Part shown: piece by piece, positions 1 to 13,548 of the stretch | Position numbering within the stretch: the stretch's first letter is position 1 | Layout of the letters: each line of letters starts with the position of its first letter | NCBI GenBank assembly: GCA_038087875.1 | Contig: CM075994.1 | Span: 2,048,001-2,112,000, forward strand | DNA: 64,000 nucleotides | Direction of reading: 5' to 3' | Origin: Malacoraja senta | Taxonomy: Eukaryota | Made by a program: the position numbers and the translations under genes | Notes under the pieces: model-generated | Told to the model about the DNA's origin: nothing | The model's database searches: none | Seen by the model: only the letters and a program-made list of their open reading frames with translations

Positions 1-188
1 TATACAACTTGTGTGAATGATCAGTTGTTGGCATGGACTCAGTGGGCCGAAGGGCCTGTTTCAATACTGAAAGCAGAGGAGAATGTTGGATTGCTGCTGG
101 TTTTGCCTGTGGAATTTGTGACAGAAGTTGAGTGAGGGCTGTAGCAGCAGCTGCCGCGTGTTCATGGCCTTTTCCCGTGTTTCCGCAG

Positions 189-341
189 CTCGTGTGGCCG
201 TGGCACAGAGCAGCTCCCTCAACCTGTTTGCCAGTCGTGAGGCAGAGCTGGAGCAGCGCGCCATGCTGCTGAAGAGACTGGCCTTTGCCATCTTCAGCAG
301 CGAGGTGGACCAGTACCAGAAATATCTGCCGGACATACAAG
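189..341 (+). CDS. DOP1A: DOP1A (DOPEY1) internal coding exon, first of six in the window
   Basis: Encodes [51 protein letters not shown], recognisable DOP1A C-terminal sequence; acceptor ttccgcag|189, donor 341|gttggt; phase 1 matches the next exon. Confidence 0.93.
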
Positions 342-608
342 GTTGGTGAGCCTCCCTCCGGGGTCAATTGCGCGGAAACAGGCCATTCGGCCCTACTCGT
401 CCCTGTCGTCCAAGTTGCCCCATCTGCGCTGGTCCCATTTCCCCAACTTGCGCACTAGAAACGTAATAACAAGGAACTGCCGATGCTGGTTTATACCAAA
501 GAAACACAAAGTGCTGGAGTAACTCAGCATCAGGCAGCATCTGCGGAGAACATCCCCGGAGAACACTTATCTGAATTAAACTCCATTTGCCATTCCTCAG
601 CCAACTAA

Positions 609-2790
609 AGGGCCTGTCCCACCAGCATGCGACTGCATGCGGCGAGCGCGACCAAATATAGAAACATAGAAAATAGGTGCAGGAGTAGGCCATTCGGACC
701 TTCGAGCCTGCACCGCCATTCAATATGATCATGGCCGATCATCCAACTCAGTATCCTGTACCTGCCTTCTCTCCATACCCCCTGATCCCTTTAGCCACAA
801 GGGCCACATCTAACTCCCTCTTAAATATAGCCAATGAACTGGCCTCAACTACCTTCTGTGGCAGAGAATTCCACAGATACACCACTCTCTGTATAAAAAA
901 TGATTTTCTCATCTCGGTCCTAAAAGACTTCCCCCTTATCCTTAAACTGTGACCCCTTGTTCTGGACTTCCCCAACATCGGAAACAATCTTCCTGTATCT
1001 AGCCTGTCCAACCCCTTAAGAATCTTGTAAGTTTCAATAAGATCCCCCCTCGATCTTCTAAATACAAGCCGAGTCTATCCAGTCTTTCTTCATATGAAAG
1101 TCCTGCCATCCCAGGAATCAGTCTGGTGAACCTTCTCTGTACTCCCTCTATGGCAAGAATGTCTTTCCTCAGATTTGGTGACCAAAACTGTACGCAATAC
1201 TCCAGGTGTGGTCTCACCAAGACCCTGTACAACTGCAGTAGAACCTCCCTGCTCTTATACTCAAATCCTTTTGCTATGAATGCTAACATACCATTCGCTT
1301 TCTTCACTGCCTGCTGCACCTGCATGCCTACTTTCAATGACTGGTGTACCATGACACCCAGATCTCGTTGCATCTCCCCTTTTCCTAATCGGCCACCATT
1401 CAGATAATAGTCTACTTTCCTGTTTTTGCCACCAAAGTGGATAACCTCACATTTATCCACATTATACTGCATCTGCCATGCATTTGCCCACTCACCCAGC
1501 CTATCCAAGTCACCTTGCAGCCTCCTAGCATCCTCCTCACAGCTAACACTGCCCCCCAGCTTCGTGTCATCCGCAAACTTGGAGATGTTGCATTCAATTC
1601 CCTCATCCAGATCATTAATATATATTGTAAATAGCTGGGGTCCCAGCATTGAGTCTTGCGATACCCCACTAGTCACTGCCTGCCATTCTGAAAAGGACCC
1701 GTTTACTCCTACTCTTTGCTTTCTGTCTGCCAGCCAGTTCTCTATCCACATCAATACTGAACCCCCAATACCGTGTGCTTTAGTTTGCATACTAATCTCT
1801 TATGTGGGACCTTGTCGAAAGCCTTCTGAAAGTCAAGATATAACACATCCACTGGTTCTCCCTTATGCACTCTACTAGTTACATCCTCGAAAAATTCTAT
1901 AAGATTCGTCAGACATGATTTACCTTTCATAAATCCATGCTGACTTTGTCCAATGATTTCACCACTTTCCAAATGTGCTGCTATCCCATCTTTAATAACT
2001 GACTCTAGCATTTTCCCCACTACCGATGTTAGACTAACTGGTCTGTAATTCCCCGTTTTCTCTCTCCCTCCCTTTTTAAAAAGTGGGGTTACATTAGCTA
2101 CCCTCCAACCCTCAGGAACTACTCCAGAATCTTAAGAGTTCTGAAAAATGATCACTAATGCATCCACTATTTCTGGGGCTACTTCCTTAAGTACTCTGGG
2201 ATGCAGCCTATCTGGCCCTGGGGATTTATCGGCCTTTAATCCATTCAATTTACCTAACACCACTTCCTGGATTTCACTCAGTTCCTCCATCTCATTTGAC
2301 CCCCGGTCCCTGCTATTTCCGGCAGATTATTTATGTCTTCCTTAGTGATGGCTTGAGGCGTACGGCCTCGCGGGGCCGGTCCCACTTCCTACCGCGGAGC
2401 CGTATGGAGTTGTGCGGGGCTGGTCCCGACATCATACTCACCAATCAGCTGGGCAGGAGGCGGGAAGACTGTATTTGGACGTCGCACGGCGTCGGGCGGT
2501 GACGTCATCGCGCAACGGCACGCGCTAGGCGTACGCCGTTGAGACGCTGCGTACGCCCGTCGAGGCGGTGCGTACGGCCTCAATGCGGCAGTGGGCCGGC
2601 AGGCCGTTGCCGCGCGGAATTTTTGGACTGTCAGTTTTTCAGAGCACCGCGCGGTGTCGGGACCAGCTCCGCACAACTCCATAAAGCTCCGGCGATCGAA
2701 GTGGGACCAGCCCTGCGAGGCCGTACGGCTAGCGCGACCATGTTAGGTCGCGCTAGCCGCATGCAGTCGCATGCTCGTGGGACAGGCCCT
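609..2790. mobile_element. PIF/Harbinger-like palindromic MITE (about 490 bp) split by a CR1 insertion
   Basis: Termini AGGGCCTGTCCCAC...GTGGGACAGGCCCT flanked by TAA/TTA; GC-rich self-complementary body 2349-2790. Confidence 0.75.
657..2348 (-). mobile_element. 5'-truncated CR1 (HER1-type) LINE
   Basis: RT motifs [33 protein letters not shown]; (TATGTTTC)-type 3' tail at about 657-672; frameshifted. Confidence 0.93.
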
Positions 2791-3083
2791 TTACTGTTAA
2801 CATTTGATGATACATATGATAATCCTACTGGTTCTTTTGACATTACAAAGTCTTATGAAGGTCAGAGGTGTGCATTCAGCCCATCATGTACATGCATAAT
2901 CTAACCTTGTATGAGCCTGTGCCCACTTCCCTTCATCTGAATTAAAATTAACATGTTCTACAGGCAATTAATGTGCAAATAGAATTAAGCTGTTTCTTGC
3001 AAGAGACTTTAGTGCAAGAGTAGAGGCACCCTAGTTCAATTATACAGGCTGCACCTTGAATATCATGTTTATCTCTTTGCCTT

Positions 3084-3380
3084 ATAGAAACATAGAAACA
3101 TAGAAAATAGGTGCAGGAGTAGGCCATTCGGCCCTTCGAGCCTGCACCGCCATTCAATATGATCATGGCTGATCATCCAACTGAGTATCCTGTACCTGCC
3201 TTCTCTCCATACCCCCTGATCCCTTTAGCCACAAGGGCCACATCTAACTCCCTCTTAAATATAGCCAATGAACTGGCCTCAACTACCTTCTGTGGCAGAG
3301 AATTCCACAGATTCACCACTCTCTGTGTGAAAAATGATTTTCTCATCTCGGTCCTAAAAGACTTCCCCCTTATCCTTAAA
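3084..3380 (-). mobile_element. CR1 3'-end fragment
   Basis: Near-identical to 660-950, with the same tail. Confidence 0.9.
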
Positions 3381-3570
3381 TCATACAGTTCCTTTATTAT
3401 CATATGTACCAAGTAGAGTGAGATTATTTTTTTACGTACAGATTAGTAAGAGTTTTGACATACATAAGTATAAATCTTGGTTAAGCACATAATGCATAGA
3501 AAAAGCCGACAGTCTCTATGCAACAGTCGCCAGGTTTTAGCACCATTTGACCATTGCCTTTGACGATTTA

Positions 3571-4070
3571 GGGCAACACTGTGGCACAGTGGTAGAGTTG
3601 TTGCCTTACAGTGCCAGAGACCCGGGTTCGATCCTGACCACGGGTGCTGTCAGTACAGAGTTGTACGTTCTCCCGGTGATGTTCTTCCTCCAAAGAGGAA
3701 GAAGTTTGAACTTTATTGCCTTCCATTACAGTGAGGAATGTGGGGAGCCACTGTGGTGGATGTTTATGTTAACTTTTATTTTATGTGGTTGTGTGTTTTG
3801 TTGCTTTTTACTTAGTATGGCTGTATGGTAACTCAAATTCCACTGTACCTTAATTGGTGCGACAATAAACTGACCTTGAAACCTTGACCTTTCGGTTTCC
3901 TCCCACAAACCAAAAGCATGCAGGTTGGTAGGTTAATTGACTTTGGTAAGGATTGCAACTTGTCCCTAGTGTGTAGGATAGTGCTAGTGTACAGTATGAG
4001 GTGATTGCTGGATGGTGAGGACTCGGTGGGCCAAAGGGCCTGTTTCCACACTATATATGTAAAGTCTAAA
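3571..4070 (+). mobile_element. HE1-like tRNA-derived SINE, interrupted (other copies near 5692-6060 +, 6830-7109 -, 8830-9118 +, 12840-13140 -, 33080-33155 +, 57396-57690 +)
   Basis: A-box GGCACAGTGGTAGAG, B-box GGTTCGATCC, shared core and CR1-like 3' end GGGCCGAAGGGCCTGTTTCC. Confidence 0.75.
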
Positions 4071-4179
4071 ATAACGTCTAAAGTCAGAATCCTTCTTCAG
4101 TCCAAGTCCTAATAAAGATTTATGCAAGTTGTGAGCTGCCAGGGTGGTCGGCTGATGTTGATATTCTGCTCTGTTCCAG

Positions 4180-4316
4180 AACGGCTGGTGGAGAGTCTAC
4201 GCCTTCCGCAGGTCCCCACTCTCCACGCCCAGGTCTTCCTCTTCTTCCGTGTCTTGTTGTTACGGATCTCAGCACGTCATCTCACCTCACTGTGGCCCAC
4301 CATGATCACAGAACTG
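4180..4316 (+). CDS. DOP1A: DOP1A coding exon
   Basis: ERLVESLRLPQVPTLHAQVFLFFRVLLLRISARHLTSLWPTMITEL; ttccag| and |gtaagc; 137 nt keeps frame. Confidence 0.95.
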
Positions 4317-6225
4317 GTAAGCTTCCACACACCTGTTTTGTTGTTAGTTGATTTATTGTCATGTGTACAAAGATACAGTAATATGCTTGTATTTCATGCT
4401 ATCCGGTCAAATCATACTGTTCATGCTGATAGAACTGGAATGGGCTGCTGGGGGTGGTGGCGTTTAAAAGACTGTTGGATGGGTACATGGATATGGAGGG
4501 ATATGGAATATGTGCAGGTGGAAATGTGATGGTCATGGCATCATGTTTGCACACACGTGGGACGAAAGGCCTGTTCTCGTGCTGTACTCATCTATGTTCT
4601 AGAACACAAAGAGCTGGAGTAACTCAGTGGGTCAGGCAGCATTGAATGCAAGTCTGAAGAAGGGTCCCAACCTGAAATGTTGCCTGTATGTTTCCTCCAG
4701 AGATGCCATCTGACTCCTGAGTTACTCCAGCACTTTGTGTTCTTAGCACGACTCCAGCATCTGCAGTTCCTTGTGTCTCTATACATGCGTGCAATAGATC
4801 CTCTTCTGGAATAGCAGGCAAAGTCGCCACGTTCCGGCACCATCTTGCAACCTCCATGTCTCTGAAAAGTCTGATCTTGGCCATTTGTTCCCTTTTCCTC
4901 CCAAAGGAATCCTCGGCAGAGACAATTTAATTTGCTCAGTTCACACGGAGAGTGTTCAACACATTATTGGCAGCAAGTCATAGCGTAGAAACTGGCCCAT
5001 CGACCCAACTTGCCCTTACCGATAAACATGCGCCATCTACTCTAGTCCCACCTGCGTGCGTTTGGCCCATATCCGTCTAAACCTGTCCTATCCATGTACC
5101 TGTCTAAATGTTTCTTAACTGTTGTGATAGTACCTGCCTCAACTACCTCCTCTGGCAGCTCGTACCATACATCCACTTTTTGTGTGAAAATGTTACCCCT
5201 CAGGTTCCCATTAAATCTTTCACCCTTCACCTTAAATGTATGTCATTTGGAAGCCATTTGTTCCACATTCTTGTTGCAAACCCCTCCATTGATCACCTGT
5301 CAGTGTGGAATTTGAGATAGTTCAGAAAGATAGTGAAAATCAAAACCATTGCAAATGCTGGAAATCTGAAATACAAGCAGAAACATTTTATACACTGAGC
5401 AGATCCTGCAGCATCTGTGGAGAGAGAGAAGGGTTAATGTTATGACAGGATTTTTTCAACCTGGAACGTTAACTTTGTTTCTCCATCTACAGATGCTGCC
5501 TGGTCCACTGAGAGGTTGCAGCATTTTCTGAAAATTACCATGTGTTTAATGCACAGAACCGCATCTAAACGTCAGTCCAAGCATTTCTGCTCGTGTACTT
5601 CAGCAGTGAATGCTTCCATTATTAAAGGGGTTACTGAGAGCTGTGTGAGCTCTTTCCATCGGTGCCTTCACAAGGGGAAGGCATTATTTAGAGGCAGCAC
5701 AGTGACACAACTGGTAGAGTTACTGCCTCACAGCTCCAGTGACACAGGTTCGATCCTGACCTCGGGTGCTGTCTGTGTGGAGTTTGCATGTTCTCCCTGT
5801 GAACGCGTGGGTTTCCTCCAGTTTCCTTTCACATCCCAAAGACATGCGGGTTTGTAGGTTAATTGGCCCTCTGTAATTGTCCCTCCCATGTTATCTCACT
5901 TTCTCATTCATTCCCTGCAATGAAAATGAAAACCAGTGCAAATGCTGGAAATGGGTGTAGGGAGTGGATGCAAAAGTGGGATAACATGGAATAAATGTGA
6001 ACGGGTGATTGATGGACGGCATGGACTCAGCGGGCCTGAAGGGACTGTTTCCATGCTGTACCATGCAATCAATCAATCAATCATTTATATCTATGCCACC
6101 ACTTCTGTTGCATTGACTTCCCCCTGACTGAGGCGAGAGAGCTCTCTCTCATGGATGGGAAGAGTAGGTGCTGCAGTAGTGAGATTACATTCACCATATT
6201 CTGCTTCTTTCCTCCTTCCATTAAG

Positions 6226-6281
6226 GTGCAGGTATTTTTACTGATTGAACAGGAACTAACTGCAGATGAAGACATTTCCAG
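6226..6281 (+). CDS. DOP1A: DOP1A coding exon (56 nt, not in ORF track)
   Basis: VQVFLLIEQELTADEDIS(R); polypyrimidine tract plus ttaag| and |gtaaag. Confidence 0.93.
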
Positions 6282-8334
6282 GTAAAGGTCACCCAATCCT
6301 GTCAAAGTGATGTATTTGTTGTCTACTGAGCAGTTTGGGGTGACACAGTGGTAGAGCTAGGACATTGCCTGGATTGGAGGGCTTGAGTTCCAAAGAGAGA
6401 CTGGATAGAGGGGACTATTTTCTCTGGAACAAAGCAGGCTGAGAGGCAGCATGACCGAGGTATAGTATATCATGAGAGGCATGGATAGGTTAGTTCATAA
6501 GTTCGAGGGGCAGAATTAGGCAATTCGGCCCATCAAGTCTTCTCCTCCATTCATTCATGGATGATCTATCTTTCCTTCTCAATCCCATTCTCCCCATAAC
6601 CCGACACCCGTACTAATCAAGAATCTGTCAATCTCCGCCTTAAAAATATCCATTCATTTGGCTAGACAAAAATGCTGGAGGCTAGATAGGTTAGATAACC
6701 AGTGAACCTGACAGCCCTGTGACAAACTCTGTGATTAATTCTCTGAACATTTAGAGGGTTTAACCTCCAGAAAGGCACAACCTCCATTCCATGGATGCCC
6801 ACTGCTCCCTCATCCTAAGCACCTTTACAGAGCGAAAAAAAGGCCCTTCGGCCCACCAAGTCATCTTCGACCAGCGTTCACCCCATACACGAACATCCTA
6901 CACACTAGGGACAAGTTACAATTTTTTTTACCAAAGCAATTAACCTACAAACCTTTACATCTTTGGACTGTGGGAGGAAACCAGAGCACCCGTAGAAAAC
7001 CCACACGGTCACAGGGAGAATGTACAAACTCTGAATGGACAGTCACAATCAAACCCTGGTCTCTGGCGCTGTAAGGCAGCAACTCTACCGCTACGCCACT
7101 GTGCCGCCCTAGGAGACGAAGGCTTAAAATTTCATGTTACTTGACCCTTGGTCTCTGCCTCTGTGATCTGCCATTTCCAGTTGAAGTTTAAATATGAATA
7201 TGAAAATACGTATTGTTTTTAAGATTGCAAGTTTTTTGTCATTAAGACACCACTTTGAAGACAACTCTCAATATTTAAAAACAACAGAGCATGTTTGAGG
7301 GCATGAAAACATGGTATTGATTGAAGCAGGTAAAGTGGTGAGTCTGTGGAATTCTCTGCCTCAGAGGGTGGTGGAGGCAGGTTATCTGGATGCTTTCAAG
7401 AGAGAGCTAGATAGAGCTCTTAAAAATAGCGGAGTCAGGGGATGTGGGGAGAAGGCAGGAACGGGGTACTGATTGGGGATGATCAGACATGATCACATTG
7501 AATGGCTCGAAGGGCCGAATGGCCTACTCCTGCACTATTGTCTATGTGTTTTAGATAAGACACATGGAAATGTGAGGAATGGAGGGATATGGATTACATG
7601 TAGGCAGAGAAGATTAGTTTATCTTGGCGTCATGTTCAGCACAGACATTGTGGGCCGAAGGGCGTGCTCCTGTGCCATACTGTATGTATTTAGTAAAATT
7701 GTAATATAACTTAAAAATGATCAGAATTGCACTTGCTTCCATGATATTGGTTTCCTCTGCCGTTGCATTCCACGATACACAGTAGTACTTTGGTAAAAGA
7801 TGAAGATCTGTACACAGTACTTGTGTGTTCGATCTTTGCCCAGTGCCCTTTTGAAACGGTCACGTAGGTTTGCCGCTCCAAGCTGAATCCTCAGTTGAGA
7901 TGGTACAAAATCTCCCAGGGAGCAGGTGCAGTGTAAACATTTAATGTCACCCTTGCATCCCCTCTCTCTCCGTCCCTCCCCTACCCTAGTCGTTGTAATC
8001 CTTGCATCTCATCTCTCCCCCACTCTAGTTGTCGTACTGGTTTCACCGTCGTCCTGTTGAGATTCACTGTCTGTATAACTCGTTATACAGCCAACATTGT
8101 GGGCTCCACCTTTCCTTGATCATCATTACTTTTAGCATATATTCCATTAATCTGGTCTATATCTCTCTGTTACCGTCTATTTCTCTCGTTTCCCTTTCTG
8201 CTGACTCTCAGTATGAAGAAGGGTCTCGACCCGAAACGTCACCTATTCCTTTTCTCCGGAGATGCTGCCTGACATGCTGAGTTACTCCAGCTTTTTGTGT
8301 ATATTTACCATGTTCAATCTGTTCTACGTTTCAG

Positions 8335-8499
8335 AACTGCGGGCCCCTCGGTATCAGGCTTAGAGACCACCTACATGGGTGGGAATGGGTTCTCTACCTC
8401 CTACAACAACCAGCGGTGGCTTGGCCTCTATCTCTCTGCGTGCAAGTTCCTGGATTTGGCTCTGACCTTACCTTCTGAGAACCTTCCCCAGTTTCAGAT
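8335..8499 (+). CDS. DOP1A: DOP1A coding exon
   Basis: TAGPSVSGLETTYMGGNGFSTSYNNQRWLGLYLSACKFLDLALTLPSENLPQFQ(M); tttcag| and |gtaagt. Confidence 0.95.
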
Positions 8500-9374
8500 G
8501 TAAGTAAAAGTGCCACACTGACATCACTATCACTTGAGTGGATGCTATCCAGGGCAAGAGGAGCAAACATCTGTGTAATTTGATATTTATCTCCATGTTA
8601 TTGACTGTTAATTGAAAGTTAAGATCAGAATAAAAGGACGTACCTTTAGAAATGAGATGAGGAGGAATTTTATTAGTCTGAGGGTGGAGAATCTGTATTA
8701 ATCAGACGGCTGTTGAGGCCAAGTCATTGGGAATTTTAAAAGCTGAGATTAATAGGTTCTTTATTAGTATAGGTAAGTAAGAATTTCAATGTTCCATTAT
8801 CAGTGCAGAAGACATTTGAACAGTCTTTGGGTGGCATAATGGCACAGCTGGTAGGGCCGCTGCCTCAATGACAGAGATCCAGGTTCCATCTTGACCTCAG
8901 TGCTGTCTGTGTGGAGTTTGTATGCTCTCAGTGACCGCGCGCGTTTCCTCCGACATCCTAAAGATGTGCGAGTTTGTAGGTTAATTGGCCTCTATAAATT
9001 GTCCCAGTGTGTAAGGAGTGGATGAGAAAGTGGGATAACATAGAATTTGTGTGAACTGGTTATGGATGGTCGTGGGGAATCGGTGGGCCTGTTTCTATGC
9101 TCTATCTCTAAACTAAACTCTTCATGGATATGAGTGCAAGACATCTTTCTTGAATTGTTAATTAATGTAATTGCAGTTTCGGGTTCTGCATGTATCCCGT
9201 GCACATATTATCCCAAGGTGGGGGTAAAGGTTTGAATCTACTCTGACCCAGGGCTTCACGTCCCTTCTATTGTTTCATCAGCTTTGTATCAGTACCAGAG
9301 GGAATAGGGAAGTTTGTTTATTTGGATAATTTGTATCTCTAAACTAAAGTAAGGATTAGAAACTTGTACACACA

Positions 9375-12167
9375 AGAGATTTGTGTGCAAAATTAGAGCA
9401 CATGGTATTAGGGGTAGGGTATTAACACGGATAGAGAACTGGTTGGCAGACAGGAAGCAAAGAGTAGGAATTAATGGGTCCTTTTCAGAATGGTAGGCAG
9501 TGACTAGTGGGCTGCCGCAAGGCTCGGTGGTAGGACCCCAGTTATTTACAATATATACAGTGCCCTCCAGAATGTTTGGGACAAAGACCCATCATTTATT
9601 TATTTGCCTCTGTACTCCACAATTTGAGATTTGTAATAGAAATTAAAAAAACATGTGGTTAAAGTGCACATTGTCAGTTTTTAATAAAGGACATTTTTAT
9701 ACATTTTGGTTTCACCATGTAGAAATTACAGCTGTGTTTATACATAGTTCCCCCATTTCAGGGCACCATAATGTTTGGGACACATGGCTTCACAGGCGTT
9801 TGTAATTGCTCAGGTATGTTTAATTGCCTCCTTAATGCAGGTACAAGAGAGCTCTCAGCTCCTTGTTTTTCCTCCAGTCTTTCCATCACCTTTGGAAACT
9901 TTAATTGCTGTTTATTAACATGAGGATCAAAGTTGTGCCAATGAAAGTCAAAGCAGCCATTATGAGACTGAGAAACAAGAATAAAACTGTTAGAGACATC
10001 AGCCAAACCTCAGGCTTACCAAAATCAACTGTTTGGAACATCATTAAGAAGAAAGAGAGCATTGGTGAGCTTACTAATCGTAAAGCGACTGGCAGGCCAA
10101 GGAAGACCTCCATAGCTGATGACAGAATAATTCTCTCTGTAATAAAGAAAAATCCCAAACACCTGTCCGACAGATCAGAAACACTCTTCAGGAGTCAGGT
10201 GTGGATTTGTCAATGACCACTGTCTGCTGCACTGTCTGCAGAAGACTTCATGAACAGAAATACAGAGGCTACACTGCAAGATGCAAACCACTGGTTAGCT
10301 GCAAAAATAGGATGGCCTGGTTACAGTTTGCCAAGAATGACTTAAAAGAGCAACCACAATTCTGGAAAAAGGTGTTGTGGACAGATGAGACGAAGATTAA
10401 CATCTCAGTGATGGCAAGAGCAAAGTATGGAGGAGAGAAGGAACTGCCCAAGATCCAAATCATACCACCTCATCTGTGAAACACGGTGGTGGGGGTGTTA
10501 TGGCCTGGACATGTATGGCTGCTGAAGGTACTGGCTCACTTATCTTCATTGATGATACAACTGCTGATGGTAGTAGCATAATGAATTCTGAAGTGTATAG
10601 ACACATCCTATCTGCTCAAGTTCAAACAAATGCCTCAAAAATCATTGGCCGGCGGTTCATTCTACAGCAAGACAATGATCCCAAACATACTGCTAAAGCA
10701 ACAAAGGACTTTATCAAAGCTAAAAAATGGTCAATTCTTGAGTGGCCAAGTCAATCACCCGATCTGAACTCAATTGAGCATGCCTTTTATATGCTGAAGT
10801 GAATGAAGGGGACGAGCCCCCAAAACAAGCATATGCTAAAGATGGCTGCAATACAGGCCTGGCAGAGCATCACCAGAGAAGACCCAGCAACTGGTGATGT
10901 CCATGAATCGCAGACTTCAAGCAGTCTTTGCATGCAAAGGATATGCAACAAAATACTAAACATGACTACTTTCATTTACATGACATTGCTGTGTCCCAAA
11001 CATTATGGTGCCCTGAAATGGGGGGACTATGTATAAACACTGCTGTAATTTTTACATGGTGAAACCAAAATGTATAAAAATGGCCTTTATTAAAATCTGA
11101 CAATGTGCACTTTAAGCACGTGATTTTTTTTCTATTACAAATCTCAAATTGTGGAGTACAGAGGCAAATAAATAAATGATGGGTCTTTGTCCCAAACATT
11201 ATGGAGGGCACTGTATTAATGTTTTAGATGAGGGAATTAAATGTAACATCTCCAAGTTTGCGAATGATACAAAGCTGGGTGGCATTGTGAGTTGCGAGGA
11301 GGATGCTATGAGGCTGCAGGGTGACTTGGATAGGTTGGGTGAATGAGCAGATGCGGTATAATGTGGATAAATGTGAGGTTATCCACTTTGGTGGCAAGAA
11401 CAGGAAGGCATATTATTATCTGAATAATGTCAGATTAGGAAAAGGGGAGTTGCAACGAGACCTGGTTGTGCTTATACATCAGTCACTGAAAGTAAGCATA
11501 CAAGTACAGCAGGCAGTGAAGAAAACTAAGGCCTTCATTGCAAGAGGATTTGAGTTTAGGAGCAAGGAGGTCCTACTACAGTTGTTCAGGGTCCTGGTGA
11601 GACTGCACCTGGAGTATTGTGTACAATTTTGGTCTCCTAATTTGAGGAAGGACATTGTTGCTACTGAGGGAGTGCAGCGTAGATTAACTAGGTTAATTCC
11701 CAGGATTGCGGGACTGACATATGATGAAAGAATGGGTCGACTGGGCTTGTATTCTCTGGAATTTAGAAGGATGAGAGGTGATCTTATAGAAACATATAAA
11801 ATTGTTAATGGATTGGACAGGCTAGATGCAAGGAAAATGTTCCCGATGTTGGGGGAGTCAAGAACCAGGGGTCACAGTTTAAGAATAAGGGGTAGGCCAT
11901 TTAGGGCTGAGATGAGGAAAAACTTTTTCACTCGGAGAGTTGTGCGTCTGTGGAATTCTCTGCCACAGAAGGCAGTGGAGGCCAATTCACTGGATGTTTT
12001 CAAGAGAGTTAGGTTTAGCTTTTAGGGCTAAAGGAATCAAGGGGTATGGGGAGAAAGTAGGAACGGGGGTACTGATTTTAAATGATCAGCCATGATCATA
12101 TTGAATGGCGGTGCTGGCTCGAAGGGCCAAATGGCCTACTCCTGCATCTATTTTTCTATGTTTCTAC
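9375..12167 (+). mobile_element. CR1 LINE fragment interrupted by a Tc1 element
   Basis: RT sequence FTIY|IN..DEG is split at the TA at 9556-9557/11214-11215; CR1 3' tail near 12155-12167. Confidence 0.9.
9558..11213 (+). mobile_element. Full-length Tc1/mariner DNA transposon (DD34E), transposase frameshifted
   Basis: TA|CAGTGCCCTCC...GGAGGGCACTG|TA; about 225-bp TIRs; HTH region (KSTVWNII...GRPRKT), WTDETK, QQDNDPKH, SPDLNSIE with 34 residues between D and E. Confidence 0.95.
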
Positions 12168-12547
12168 ATTGGAATCCATGTGGTAAATAACTACTTAATA
12201 CAGAAACTTCTTGATTATTTCAGTGTGCAGTAAAAAATGCTAGAGGTTCATTATGAGAGAGGTTAACCCAGCATGAAAAACAGTTCAAATTCAGAAATCT
12301 ACAACTTTGTAGAAGTTGAGACTTCACTCACCAAACTATGAATGGAATTTGCAGTCTTATCCTGGAGGACTTTGTTACGTCACATTCATCCTAAACCCTG
12401 AATATTGCAAGTATTAGCTACAGTCAGTAGTTACATACCACTACTGTTCATGACTTTTAGAGCTTTGTCTTTTGCATGCTTTAGAAAAATGTTTGAAAAT
12501 ATATATTCAATGCATTGCACTGAGCTTTGGTTCACTCGTTTGTTTAG

Positions 12548-12677
12548 GTATCGTTGGGCTTTCATTCCAGAAGTATCTGACGATTCAGGGCTGGAGGTTC
12601 GTAGACAGGGAACTCACCAACGAGAATTCAAACCTTACGTGGTCAGACTGGCCAAGCTGCTGAGGAAACGAGCAAAG
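12548..12677 (+). CDS. DOP1A: DOP1A coding exon
   Basis: YRWAFIPEVSDDSGLEVRRQGTHQREFKPYVVRLAKLLRKRAK; tttag| and |gtattt. Confidence 0.95.
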
Positions 12678-13548
12678 GTATTTTCTTTCCCTGTTTCTGC
12701 CGAGGGCCTTGTTTGGATTGGTTGGATGGGGACTATTCAGTAGCTCAGGCAGGGGTTTGTAAATTACATTGTACATAGAAATTTGGAACTACTCTCAATG
12801 TCCTGTTAGTATTTAATAAAGCAATTGACTGATTAAAAGATACAGCATGGAAACAGGCTCTTTGGCCCACCGAGTCCATGCCGAACATTGATCACCCATT
12901 CACACTAATTCTATGTTATCCCTTTTTCTCATCCACAAATTATTCACTAGGGGCAAATTACAGGTGCCGATTAACCTATAAACACACACGCCTTTGGGAT
13001 GTAACTCTGGAATTTCCACATTCTCCCCGTAACCATGAAGGAAACTCATGGGGAGAACGTGGAAAATCCACACAGACAGCACCCTATGGAGGGATTGATC
13101 CTGGGTCTCTGGCACTCTGGTCTCTACCAGCTGTGCCATTGTTTTTGTGTATTACTTTTAACATAATTAAGAGAATTGTGGACAAATGGCAGGCGGAGAT
13201 GTGGTTTTAAAGAGGGAGTTGAACATGCTGATGAGGGTGTCTTGGAGGAGAGGACACAGGGCTTGCGCCCAAAGTGTATGGTCTGAAGATTTAGACTTTA
13301 GACTCAAGAGATACAGCGTAGAAACAGGACCTTCGGCCCACTGAGTCTGTGCTGACCAGCGATCACCCTGTACCCTAGCACTATCTTACACACTACTAGG
13401 GGCAATGTACAATTTTACCAAAGCCAATGAACCTACAGACCAACAAACTCAAGTTTGAATTTTGAGCAGTTGAAGTGTTGTGGAACGTTTGAGTATGTTG
13501 TGGTTAATCAGAATCTAATTCATTGCATAATTCCTTTGCTTCTTTCAG

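Noticed and set aside
2349..2790. Apparent CpG island in a DOP1A intron
   Set aside because: Explained by the palindromic MITE body, not a promoter
3571..3650. tRNA-like A and B boxes
   Set aside because: Head of a SINE repeated many times in the window; no complete cloverleaf
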